Positions 51,144 to 62,967 of a stretch of DNA of 64,000 bases are shown here, one piece after another. A program made the translations under genes and the position numbers. Numbering within the stretch: the stretch's first letter is position 1; the number at the start of each line of letters is the position of its first letter. Source of the stretch: Octopus sinensis (taxonomy: Eukaryota); assembly GCF_006345805.1 (NCBI RefSeq), contig NC_042999.1, positions 152,644,001 through 152,708,000 of the forward strand, read 5' to 3'. Below the pieces are notes generated by a model. The model had not been told where the DNA came from. It made no database searches and worked only from the letters and a program-made list of their open reading frames with translations.

Positions 51144-51278
51144 GAGAGAAAAACACCTATTAAGAAATTCAATAGTGAAAGACGTTATTAACACCATATA
51201 GAAAAATAAATATACTATAAAAACAATATTCTAAAAATCAATAAAGTACATTAACAATAAATAGTAAATAGTAGTGGA

Positions 51279-51400
51279 TTGACTACGCGTGTTTCGTGAT
51301 TGTATTTTCAAATAGATAATAATAATAAAATCAATTCGATTTAAAATTAAATTGATCTAAACTTAATTCTATTCAAAAATATAGTCACTCATCAGGTCTA
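51279..51400 (-). ncRNA. Type I hammerhead ribozyme motif with very long stem II
   Basis: The minus strand reads GAC-CTGATGA-[GTGACTATATTTTTGAATAG...CTATTTGAAAATACAATCAC]-GAAA-CACGCG-TA^-GTC. The core is intact, stem II has 18/20 pairs, stem III is near-palindromic (ACACGCGT) and stem I has 3 bp. Confidence 0.75.
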
Positions 51401-51516
51401 AAATAGTAATAATAATAATAATAACAATAATAAAAATAATAAAATAAATTATTTAGAATTGAATTTGTCCCTGTAAGTTTGGAATTATATTTCTACTACT
51501 ACTACTATTTTTATTT

Positions 51517-51610
<94 letters not shown>

Positions 51611-51611
<1 letters not shown>

Positions 51612-52144
51612 TAAGGTATGTAGAAAAATACAACATGGACAAGAACGTATAACTCTTAGAAGACGATACAATAAACACGGACAGGACATTCGAAACCCTC
51701 AGTCTTCAGTCAAGAACCGGATCATCGTAGTAATTTCGGCTGATTAATCTTGAGATTACTAGATCACGGCCAGCCCTCCAAGAAAAACTAAGCAACGAGC
51801 ATTAGAAAAACTAAGCTGGGAGCGTAGATTTCCTGGAAGAAGGATCGAATGCATACGGACACCAGGACAGCAAAAGGGACGAATATAAAAAAACAAAAAA
51901 ATAATGGAATACAGAACATGAAATACAGAAGCATTAACGGTGAAAACAACAACAAGTGTCTTACGACTGATAACAAGCAAACAAATTATTTCTCTGGCGC
52001 AAGGAAAGGAGCCTTATCGGCGATGCCTATAGCGGCGGACGATAAACAACGATGTTAACACGACGCTGGTCAGAAGCTGAAAGGCAGATTTCGGCCAGCA
52101 GTCACGTGACAGAGAAGAGAGAAAAGAAAAGAAAGAGAAGCAAC

Positions 52145-52178
<34 letters not shown>

Positions 52179-52576
52179 GGACAAACGCAACAAAGAGAGA
52201 GAAGAGAGAGAAAGAAGGAATCAGAGAGGAGAAGGGATGGGTGTCGAAGATTGACCTGTGAGTGCAGAGCGAGACAAAGAATTAGGAGGGTAGTGGAAGA
52301 TTAGACCAAAGAATCAGAGGGAAGAGAAGAGAAAAAGAGGATGAGTAGAGAGAGAAGGGGACAGATCAAGTAAAAGTGAGAGAGAGAGAGAGACAAACAA
52401 AGAGTCGTACCAGTTATTAAGAATATGTGCTCACATTAATGTTAAGAGGGTACGTGGCGCCTGGAATATATGTTAAGGTATGTAGAAAAATACAACATGG
52501 ACAAGAACGTATAACTCTTAGAAGACGATACAATAAACACGGACAGGACATTCGAAACCCTCAGTCTTCAGTCAAG
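51611..52576. mobile_element. Non-coding element with identical 104-bp direct terminal repeats inserted in (TA)n
   Basis: 51611-51714 equals 52473-52576 (TTAAGGTATGTAG...TCTTCAGTCAAG), with (TA)n on both outer sides. Confidence 0.7.
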
Positions 52577-52734
52577 ATATATATATATATATATATATAT
52601 ATAAAGGTTGCGTCATCACTCATGTAAATACCCAGGTCACGCACTGATTGTGCCTCTGGGATTGCAATCCCTCCAGGTCCAGTGTATTCATTGGGTATTG
52701 CATTACATATATATGTATATATGTGTGTATGATA

Positions 52735-53302
52735 CATTTTCGTCTATACCTAAATACTTGTAACAATCTTTGTGTGGAATGGAGGAGATAGAGAGACCGT
52801 TGATGCATAGGTCTGGTTTTTGAGGGACTGGCTTTCCACGTTCAACAACCAAATATGAACATTTCTTTTAACCAAATTCCATGCCTATATCAGCTGAAAA
52901 TGTTATTTATTCCAGTTGTTTATGGCATTGTTAACATTTTTAGCATAAATCTTCAAGTCGTCTACAAAGAAATTATGAGATACATTGGTATTTTTAGCAG
53001 TGGAAGATCCTAGTATGTAACCATTTGTTTTCTGCAGTAGGAACGATAATGGGTTCAGTGCCAAAATGAAAAGAAGTACAGAAAGACTATCTCCCTGGAA
53101 TATTCCCTTTGAGATGCTTATACTATCTGAAACAATTGTTCTGTTCTTAGTTGTAAGGGTAAGAATAGTTGTCCATGTCTTTGTGAGTCTGTCTATAGCA
53201 GCAATTAATGGGATAGGTACTTTTACCAGATGAAGGCACTTCAACAGCCATGAATGAGGAATAGAGTCGAATGCCTTCTTATAGTCAAGCCATACTATGC
53301 AT
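52735..53302 (-). pseudogene. RLE-type (R4/NeSL-like) non-LTR reverse transcriptase fragment
   Basis: WLDYKKAFDSIPHSW...KGIFQGDSLSVLLFILALNPLS...HNFFVDDLKIYA...DIGMEFG...CYKYLG. Confidence 0.9.
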
Positions 53303-53311
53303 GTTTGTATG

Positions 53312-53345
<34 letters not shown>

Positions 53346-53445
53346 TGTATGTATGTATGATTTTAAATTAGTTTGCAGGAAACGTTTTGAATATTAAAAT
53401 ATAGATGTATCTATCTGTCTGTCTACCTGCCTATCTATCTATCTG

Positions 53446-53502
<57 letters not shown>

Positions 53503-54982
53503 ATGCGTCCCGATGCGTCCCGATGCGTCCCGATGGTCCCCATGCGTCCTATATGCGTCCCCATGCGTCCCGATGGTCAGGCGATCCATTTGCTGTCAAC
53601 ACCCGTTAAAAGGAGGGCTGGGCATGCCGTGGTTGATGATGCGCAGGCACGCGCTGAGACTGCGACATCTCTGGCTCTATGTAGACGACGGTGAACAGGT
53701 GTGGTCGCCGTTTGTGAGGCACGCTTTCCCGCAGCTCGTCTCCATGACCGAACTGCAGTCGTGGATCAAAAAGAGGCCGAGGAAGGGCGATTGGCACCGC
53801 GAGTGTCGCGTTGCTCTCAAGCAACTCTGCCGTCCCGGGTCGACCTTGAGTGACTTCAACACAACCAAAGCATTCTATAGGGGATTAGTGGAGGGGAGGT
53901 ACGACGACGAGCTCGGGGCGAACCTGGACGTCGACGAGGAGTACCTGACCCGCCTGTTCAGGACGACTTTCGGGCCAGGGCCCATGGACAACTTCCAGAG
54001 ATCCCTGGCCTGTTAGTGCTACCGAGAAGCGTTACCCGTTCGGGATAAGCTCTACAGACACGGCTCGAGAAACACGGGGCCGACCTGCCCGAGATGCGGT
54101 CAGAGCGACGAAACCGTTCTGCACGCACTCGTGCAGTGTCCAACAATTTCCGACCTGTGGGCTTATGTCGAACAACTGCTGTCACGTGTGGGACGAGTCG
54201 GTTTATCAGCTGAGTCTATCGTCAATATTGTCACGCCTCCTTCCTTCAAACGGGAAGGAAGAGCTATTTTCATCATCCTTGTGGCTATGGCGAAAGAATG
54301 TATCCGGTGGACGCGTCTGAAAGGATTGGAGACAAACACTTTCCTCTCTGGTCAATCTCTCATCAACTTCTTCAAGTACCACTTGAAAAGGAAAGTGAGA
54401 GTAGAGAGGCAAGTTTTGTCTAGCGAATGTTTTAAAAAAAGATGGGTGAATGTAGCAAGGATGGCACGTATGAATGACGAAGCCACTTGAGCATAATCCT
54501 ATGAACCCAGAAATTGAAAACAGAGGGTTACCACCCTTGCAAACAAATATGGTAACATATAACAATATTGACCAAGGTTACCGTGGTCTTTTTCGTAGGC
54601 TTTTCTTCCCACGGATAAACCTTACTTGCTTTCCCCTTTACACCATATATCATAACACTGTGATACACGATCCCTATTGATCGTTTTTTTTCCTCTTCCC
54701 CCCTTTTTTCCCCTTTTTTCTTCTTTTTTCATTTCTCTTTCCTTTTGTTCCTTTTCCTTTTCTTTTTTTTCTTTTTATTCTTCTATTTTATTCACATTTT
54801 TTTTTGTTCTTTTTTTTGTTCTTTTCTCCCCTTTTTCTCCCCTTTTCTCCCTCTTGATCGAAAACCTACGCCACCCCTTTTTTTTTTCTTTTGTTTTTTG
54901 TTCTCTTCATCCCCCAAAAGAAAAGCTCTACCTTGTAACTTGTCCCATCTGTGTGCAGCCCTGTGTGGCCAATAAAGAAACT
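53503..54982 (+). mobile_element. L1/Tx1-clade LINE, 5'-truncated: ORF2 C-terminus, pyrimidine-rich 3'UTR, AATAAA
   Basis: VRRSICCQHPLKGGLGMP...CPRCGQSDETVLHALVQC...KKRWV, with a single in-frame TAG at 54014. The poly(A) signal is at 54971-54976. Confidence 0.9.
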
Positions 54983-55295
54983 TATCTATTTGTCTATATA
55001 TAATATGAGGGGTTTAGTTCACTGGTGATCTTAAACGAATAGGTACGCTATGTAAGTGCTATATGTGGTCGTCCGTTAGGTTCTAAGTTCACAGCTGAGG
55101 CTATAACGGAACCTTAATACGGACCCCTAGATCCGTATCATATAATATATTAGAGGCATATATTATATTAGAGAGAAAAGCAAAACCAAGGCACAGCGAC
55201 TATCTCAAGTCGTTTATAATAATTTAATTAGGGTAAATTTGAAGTCTTACAGCCGTTCCTTGGGTTAACCCAAGTGGTAGATTAATATGTTCACG

Positions 55296-55416
55296 AACCG
55301 GTAAGTTACGGGGACGTGAACACACCAACATCGGTTGTTAAGCGACGGTGGTGGGGGGAACAACACAGACACACAAATATACAAATATACACATACACAC
55401 ACACACACACACACAC

Positions 55417-55472
<56 letters not shown>

Positions 55473-55620
55473 ACGGGCTTTCACGTTTCTGTCTAACAAA
55501 TCCACTCACAAGGCTTTGGTCGGCCCGGGGCTATAGTACAAGACACTTGCACAAGGAGCCATGCAGTGGGACTGAACCGGGAACCATCTGGTTGGTAAGC
55601 AAGATACTTACCACACTGCC
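55296..55620 (-). mobile_element. SINE family A, tail truncated
   Basis: Reverse complement of the head and middle of family A. Confidence 0.85.
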
Positions 55621-55975
55621 TACTATTATTGTTTACAACAGCATTGATGGTGGGTGGCGATGGCGGTGGCGGTAATGTGATTTCAATTATGAAACAAGTG
55701 GTAATATTGATGTTGCTAGCGTTATTGTTGTTGTTGCTGCTGCTGGCGTTGGAGGTGGTGGTGATGGTTATAAGAGTGGCGTCGGTGCTGCTTTTTTTTG
55801 TGGGGGGTGCTGTTGTTCTGGTTGATGGCAGTGGCAGTGGTTGGAGTGACGGTGGTGATATTGTTCTTGTTAATGACATTGTTCTTGTTAATGAAAGCCT
55901 TTCAGTAGCTGTCGTTGTTTGTTGGTTGTTGTTTGGCAATACTATTCCAGACTGTGTCGGTGGCGGCGGTGTTCA

Positions 55976-56075
55976 NNNNNNNNNNNNNNNNNNNNNNNNN
56001 NNNNNNNNNNNNNNNNNNNNNNNNNNNNNNNNNNNNNNNNNNNNNNNNNNNNNNNNNNNNNNNNNNNNNNNNNNN
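55976..56075. other. Assembly gap (100 N)
   Basis: Exactly 100 Ns, typical of a scaffold join of unknown size. Confidence 0.99.
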
Positions 56076-56456
56076 AGCATTTGATGCCATTATGGGTTTA
56101 TGACTGCGTGTGAAACTGTGTGCGTATGTGTGTGCGATTGTAAATTATTATGTGTATGTGTGTATGAGTGCGTGTGTGTATGTGTGTGCGTATGTATGTG
56201 TGTGTATGTGTGTAAACGATGTTTGTGTTTCTTGTGGTTGATGACAATATGATGTGTGTATACGATGTATGTATGCGATGTGTATGTATATGTGTGTGTG
56301 TGTGTTTGTGTGTGTACGTGATGTGTTCTGAATGAGTGTGCTTGTGTATAATCTGGTGTTGGTTACGTGACCAAATGTAATAAAGTTCAGGTGGGAATCG
56401 AATTAGAAATAAGAAAATGTACAGCGAGAAATATACGTGTGCGTGTGTGTGTGTGT

Positions 56457-56499
<43 letters not shown>

Positions 56500-56733
56500 G
56501 TGTGTGTGTGTGTGTGTGTGTGTGTGGTGTGAGTGAGATAAAAGATTGAGGATACCTACAATTCTGATGACGATGATGATTAATATGGTGGTGATGGTGA
56601 ATATGGTGGTGGTGGTGGTGGTGGTAGTGGTAGTGGTGCTGCTGCTGACGATGATGGTGATGATGATGATGATGACGATCATGACGTCACTGATTATGAT
56701 GGAGAAGAAAACAATGAAGCAAGCAAACAAGTC

Positions 56734-57360
56734 GACGAGCTGGCAGAAACGTTAGCACCCCGGGCGAAATGCTTAGCGGTATTTCGTCTGCCGCTACGTT
56801 CTGAGTTCAAATTCCGCTGAGGTTGACTTTGCCTTTCATCCTTTCGGGGTCGATAAATTAAGTACCAGTTACGCACTGGTATCGATATAATCGACTTAAT
56901 CCGTTTGTTTGTCCTTGTTTGTCCTCTCTCTGTTTAGCCCCTTGTGGGTAGTAAAGAAATAGGTATTTCGTCTGCCGCTACGTTCTGAGTTCAAATTCCG
57001 CCGAGGTTGACTTTGCCTTTCATCCTTTCGGGGTCGATTAAATAAGTACCAGTTAAGCACTGGGGTCGATATAATCGACTTAATCCGTTTGTTTGTCCTT
57101 GTTTGTCCTCTCTGTGTTTAGCCCCTTGTGGGTAGTAAAGAAATAGGTATTTCGTCTGCCGCTACGTTCTGAGTTCAAATTCCGCCGAGGTTGACTTTGC
57201 CTTTCATCCTTTCGGGGTCGATTAAATAAGTACCAGTTAAGCACTGGGGTCGATATAATCGACTTAATCCGTTTGTTTGTCCTTGTTTGTCCTCTCTGTG
57301 TTTAGCCCCTTGTGGGTAGTAAAGAAATAGGTATTCCGTCCGAATGGTCTGAGTTCAAAC
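56734..57360 (+). mobile_element. SINE family B concatemer: one head plus 3 x 184-bp units and the start of a fourth
   Basis: GGTATT at 56780, 56964, 57148 and 57332; the units are nearly identical. Confidence 0.95.
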
Positions 57361-57365
57361 ACCAA

Positions 57366-57553
57366 CCCCTCCTCTCCACGCCCATGCTTACCAGCCTCTC
57401 TCCCAACGTCCATGCGTACCAGCTCCCCTCTCCACTCCCATGCGTACCAGCCCCTCTCCCCACGCCCATGCGTTCCAGCCCTCCACTCTCCACACCCATG
57501 CCCACCAGTCCCTCTTCTCCACGCCCATGCGTACCAGCGCCCCTGTACACGCC
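57366..57553. repeat. C-rich minisatellite, about 28-29 bp x 7
   Basis: Unit CCCCTCTCCACGCCCATGCGTACCAG with variants. Confidence 0.9.
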
Positions 57554-57589
57554 CATGCGTACCGATTCATCCTCCCTCTTCACGCCACC

Positions 57590-57763
57590 GATACAGCTTG
57601 GCACCAGTGACGTCACAACTCATTCCTACAGCAAAGTGAACTTGAGCAACGTGAAATGAAGTATGTTACTCAAGAAAAGAACACACAAACCGGTGCGGGA
57701 TTCGAACTCAATAGCCCATCATTGTGAGCCCGACGCGCTAACCACTGTGCCATGCGCCTTCAC
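57590..57763 (-). mobile_element. tRNA-derived SINE (family C) head
   Basis: Minus strand GTGAAGGCGCATGGCACAGTGGTTAGCGCGTCGGGCTCAC...GAGTTCGAATCCCGC. Confidence 0.8.
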
Positions 57764-58294
57764 TAAAAAGCCACAACAGTAGGATAATCAACAGCAACAA
57801 TGTATGTTTGTAATGAAATTTAGGACGAGAAGTGATAAAAATTGATCAAAGAATTCAATGAAGGACGGCGAAGATGTAGCTGTTGTTGCTGCTGCTGTTG
57901 TTGTTGTTAAGCAACAAGACGGGTAAGGGTGATTAGGTGATGGACTAGGGCTTAGGGGCGGGTGACCCATCATGCACTGAGGAGTAGTGGTCGGACATGC
58001 TTGAAGTAGCTTGTTGTCCTCTCTTCATTTGCGAAGGACGCATATCCCGCCGCCCTTGCTTGACGAAGATTCACCACGACGCAGCCAAGACGACCAGGAG
58101 CCGCTGTTGCCTGAGGACGACGCCTCCTGGATTTTCACCAGAGCCCCGTTGGCCAGGTTGCAGCCCTAATACCGCTGAGTGCCAGGATAATCCGCCTTGG
58201 GTGGCCCTGCCAGGAACCGAGGTTCCCGACGGCATGGCTCTCACACACCCGTTCATCGCCCTACCACGATGAGGAGGGGTTGGACTTCTAGGGC

Positions 58295-58318
58295 GGTGCT
58301 GTTGCTGCTGCTGCTTGT

Positions 58319-58377
<59 letters not shown>

Positions 58378-58417
58378 TTGCTGCTGTTGCTGCTGCTGCT
58401 GTTGTTGCTGCTGCTAC

Positions 58418-58449
<32 letters not shown>

Positions 58450-58462
58450 TTGTTGCTGCTGC

Positions 58463-58494
<32 letters not shown>

Positions 58495-58636
58495 TTGTTG
58501 CTGCTACTGTTGTTGCTGCTGCTGCTTCTGTTGCTGCTGCTGTTGTTGCTGCTGCTGCTGTTGTTGCTGCTGCTGCTGTTGTTGCTGCTACTGTTGTTGC
58601 TGCTGCTGCTTCTGTTGCTGCTGTTGTTGCTGCTGC

Positions 58637-58668
<32 letters not shown>

Positions 58669-58681
58669 TTGCTGCTGCTGC

Positions 58682-58754
<73 letters not shown>

Positions 58755-58759
58755 ACTGT

Positions 58760-58797
<38 letters not shown>

Positions 58798-58804
58798 CTT
58801 CTGT

Positions 58805-58847
<43 letters not shown>

Positions 58848-58852
58848 ACTGT

Positions 58853-58890
<38 letters not shown>

Positions 58891-59150
58891 CTTCTGTTGC
58901 TGCTGCTGTTGTTGCTGCTGCTGCTGCTGTCATTGCTGCTGCTGCTTCTGTTGCTGGTGCTGTTGCTGTTGTTGTTGCTGCTGTTGTAACTGCTGCTGTT
59001 GTTGTTGCTGCTATTATTGTTGTCGCTGTTGCTATCGTTGCTGTTGTTATTGTTGTCGCTGCTGTTGATGTTCTCACTTCCATTTCTGAAGCTGTTCCCG
59101 TAGTTGTTTTTATTGTTGTAGTAGTAGTTGTTGTTGTTGTTGTTGCTGTC
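58295..59150. repeat. Long (GCT)/(GTT) trinucleotide array, i.e. (CAG/CAA)n on the minus strand
   Basis: About 850 bp in unbroken 3-nt phase, with ACT and TCT variant triplets. Confidence 0.95.
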
Positions 59151-59415
59151 GCTGCACTTTTTGCTATTCTTCACGGAATGCTTGATGAGATGAGGCAGAG
59201 TGAAGCAGGCCTAGGTGTTGAGTGCATTCAGATAATTACATCTATTAAAAGAGATTAAGGTTACTGCTTGTTGTTATTATTCGTATGGTTTTTCGTCAAA
59301 CACGACACGGTGAGGGAATGAACTAAAAAGGAAAATAATGAATAAACATATATATAATATAATATACAATATACAATATATATGTGTGTGTGTGTGACAC
59401 ACAAAGACACACAAA

Positions 59416-59453
<38 letters not shown>

Positions 59454-59808
59454 CAGACATATGTATATATACATACATATTTGGTTGCCGTCACCGTCAT
59501 TTTTGACACCGTCATTTTTGACACCGTCATCCTCAATCGTCAACTTCATCATCACACAACCAGTGTCATCAGTGTTACCATCATCAACACCTTTTTTCTT
59601 CTTCTTCCTTCTCCTCCTCCTCCTCATCATCATTATCATTGTCATCGTGGTCGTCATGATCATCATCGCACCATCGTCGTCGCTGTCGTCTCGTTGTGCT
59701 CATTATCATCATCGTTGTCATCATCACAATCACCATTATTGTCAGTATTTTCGACGTCGTCACGAGTCACTTCACCACTACCGTCATCATCATCATCATC
59801 ATTGTCAC

Positions 59809-59839
<31 letters not shown>

Positions 59840-59870
59840 GTCGTCGTCGTCGTCGTTATTATCATCATCG

Positions 59871-59913
<43 letters not shown>

Positions 59914-60073
59914 TATTATCATTATCATCATCATCGTCGTCGTTTTCATCTTCATCTTCATCTTCATAATCATCATCATCGTCTTCATCATCAACGTCAT
60001 CATTGTCATCATCATCATCATCATCATCTCATCATCATCATCATCATCATCACCACCATTATCATCATCGTCA

Positions 60074-60104
<31 letters not shown>

Positions 60105-60139
60105 CGTCATCATCATCATCATCATCATCATCATCACCG

Positions 60140-61160
60140 TCGGCATAGGCTATACAGGCTTTCACTAAACTTCACACCTCCATACAAATTCCATTAGGTA
60201 TGCCGCATCAGTCAGCTGATTTACCTTCTTTCATCTACTTGATTGCATCATTGAATTTTTCATAAATAGGTTTGTCGTCTAAGGATTGGACGGTTAGCTG
60301 CTGTGTAACCTTCTTGTGAGTAGCATGTTCCTCAACGGCTCGGATAATAAGCAGGCTATCAGAGTGAATGGTAAATCTATGAAGATTCTTTGATTTTTCC
60401 TGGAGTAGTGCTTGACCATCAAGAGCTATGATTCTTGCTGTGCCTCTTATCTGTGGCCCGTATACCTTTGGAAGTCCTGAGTAAAATGCTTTTGTATCGT
60501 TTTTATCAGCGTACTGCTGTAATTCTTCGGATTTGGTGTCACATCAATCTGATTTCAGTTTCCTTGTAGATTATTGCAGCTTCCTTCTTGCATCCGCCAG
60601 TTTTCCTGTTTCACGTTGTGTTACAATTTAGCTGCCTTGCCTTTGGAATGTTTCTTTTCTGTAGCAGGGTCTGTATTTGGATATCGTTCCTGTTGATCTA
60701 ATCTTGGTCTCACATGTAGTTATTTTCAAAATGTCTCATTTTCCTTCAAGTCCTTTGTCTCCTTTTATCCTCCCAACCTTATCCTGCAACTCCTGAAATT
60801 CCTATTACACTTTGGGGCCTCTGGGCTCCATGATATTTAGCATATTCTTTGGTCGGCCTTTGATCTTATCACGTGGTGGTCAGTAGAGCAGTCTGCGCCT
60901 GTCATGATTCTTGTATCAATGATATCATCCCGATATCTTCTCTGAATAATTATGTAGTCTAACAAGTGCTAATGCTTGGAGCGAGGGTGCATCCAAGTGA
61001 TCTTCTGATGGTCGATGTGCTTGAAGTCGGTGTTTGTAATTACTCGGATGAACTTAGAGCAGAGGGATAGCAAAAGCTCATCGATAGAAGAATCCAGTTC
61101 ATCAATGTCCGCTCCAGTATGACCACGTTCTCCATAACGGAAAGCATTAAACGAAAACAA
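60140..61160 (-). pseudogene. RTE-BovB-like LINE fragment (APE endonuclease C-terminus plus linker)
   Basis: LLLSLCSKF..ITNTDF....ITWMHPRSKH*HLLDYII...DTRIMTGADCSTDH, then EELQQYADKNDTKAFYSGLPKVYGP...DG..LL, and AIK*MKEGKSA..GIP. Confidence 0.85.
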
Positions 61161-61789
61161 TAATAGAGGATATTAAATAGTGTGGGCAGTGTATCACTGG
61201 TATTTGGTTTAACTATTAATGAGATTTCGATAGGTTTTTGTTTACATCCTTTGAAATTTAAAATCAGAAGAATTTAGACAACGAAATACAGTGAGAATTC
61301 AACGGCACTTTCTACCGTTTTAAAATTTGCCGGCGTTAACAAAAATTCTAAATAAAAAAAGTAGAAAAAAGTAATAAAACAGGCAAAAGATGACAAAAAC
61401 TAAAATAAAAAAATTACTGTCGAAGAGGAAAAAATATTATAAAATTATTCTAAAAATATAAAATGATAAAATGTCCTGTAAAAGAAATAACATCACAGAA
61501 AAAAGGGTAAATATATTAAAAAATTAAAACAAAAAATGAAATAACATAATAACATAACTAAAAAATGGCGCATAAAATATATAACAAAAATTCAATTAAG
61601 AAAATAGCGATTGCTATTTCCTTCGCTTATCTAGAGAAAATGTTAAAATAAAAGGAAGGGGAAAAATAATATTGGAGAACAAAAAACAAGATGACAAGAA
61701 GGAGTAAAGTGTGGAGGTGACGGAGCTTATAGGTGGTCGTTTAAATTGTTAGAAATGGCAGCTAAGCATTCATTCAATCATACACTTGG

Positions 61790-61968
61790 TTCAGGCATGA
61801 CTGTGTGGTGAGAAGCTCGCTTCTTGTTTCGGTGTTACTACGTATCACCTAAGGCAAAGGTTTTCAGCTTATAGCCCCGGGCCGACCAAAGCTTTCTGAG
61901 CATACTTGGTAAACGGAAACTGAAAGAAGCTCATCGTAAATATATAACATGTATGTATGTATGTATGC

Positions 61969-62046
<78 letters not shown>

Positions 62047-62083
62047 CTATCTATCTCTCTATATCTCTCTCTCTCTCTCTCCC

Positions 62084-62136
<53 letters not shown>

Positions 62137-62430
62137 TTGTGTGTTTGTGAATGTTTGTATGTATCTGTGCGTATGTATATTATTGATATATATTCACATA
62201 TATGGACGCATATGTATGTATATATGTGCGCGTGTGTCTGTCCCCCACCGCTTGACAACTGGTTTTGGTTTGTTTACAGCCTCCTAACATAGCGTTTCGA
62301 CAAAAAGAGGGGTAGAATACGTTCCCAACTTAAAAAAAAAAATAGGTACTAGGGTCGATTTGTTCGACTAAACCCTTCATAGATGCTGCACCAGAATGGT
62401 CGCAATCCAATGAGTGAAACAAGTAAAAGA
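61790..62430 (+). mobile_element. Old SINE family A copy with expanded internal microsatellite
   Basis: TATAGCCCCGGGCCGACCAAAGC...ACGGAAACTGAAAGAAGC, about 250 bp of (TATC)/(TC)n, then CGCTTGACAAC...GAAACAAGTAAAAGA. Confidence 0.75.
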
Positions 62431-62873
62431 TATTAAGTGATCAGGTATAGAATATTTTTTGATAATAGACGTGTCCAATTAGAGCCGACCCGGGGCTAAA
62501 CAGCAGCAACAATAACAACAACAACAGCGACGAAAGCAATAATGACATCGACGACGACAAAGACAGAACGAAACTATCAAATATCAGACAAATTAATGAT
62601 AGTAAAAATAATAATTAAACGAGGAAATTAACTGCCAGGAATTATCAAGGAGCAAACAGCAAAAACAGCAATGCAATGAAAATAACAACGTCGCCACCGC
62701 CGCCGCTGACAACAGCAACAACAACAACAACAACAACAAACAACCAACAACAACAACAACAATAACAAACAACCTTATAATTAAACAAGGAACTCAACAG
62801 TAAGAGATTAACAAGGCAGTAAGAACAAATAATAACAACAACAGCAATAATAATAATAATAATAATAATGATG

Positions 62874-62904
<31 letters not shown>

Positions 62905-62924
62905 AAATAATAATAATAATAATG

Positions 62925-62967
<43 letters not shown>

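Noticed and set aside
52452-52466. TGGCGCC resembling a tRNA-Lys primer-binding site
   Set aside because: It lies before the right-hand repeat on the plus strand, the wrong position and orientation for a PBS, and only 7 nt match.
55629-56113. ORFs crossing the N run
   Set aside because: They are open only because the 100-N gap is translated as X; the two sides may not be contiguous.
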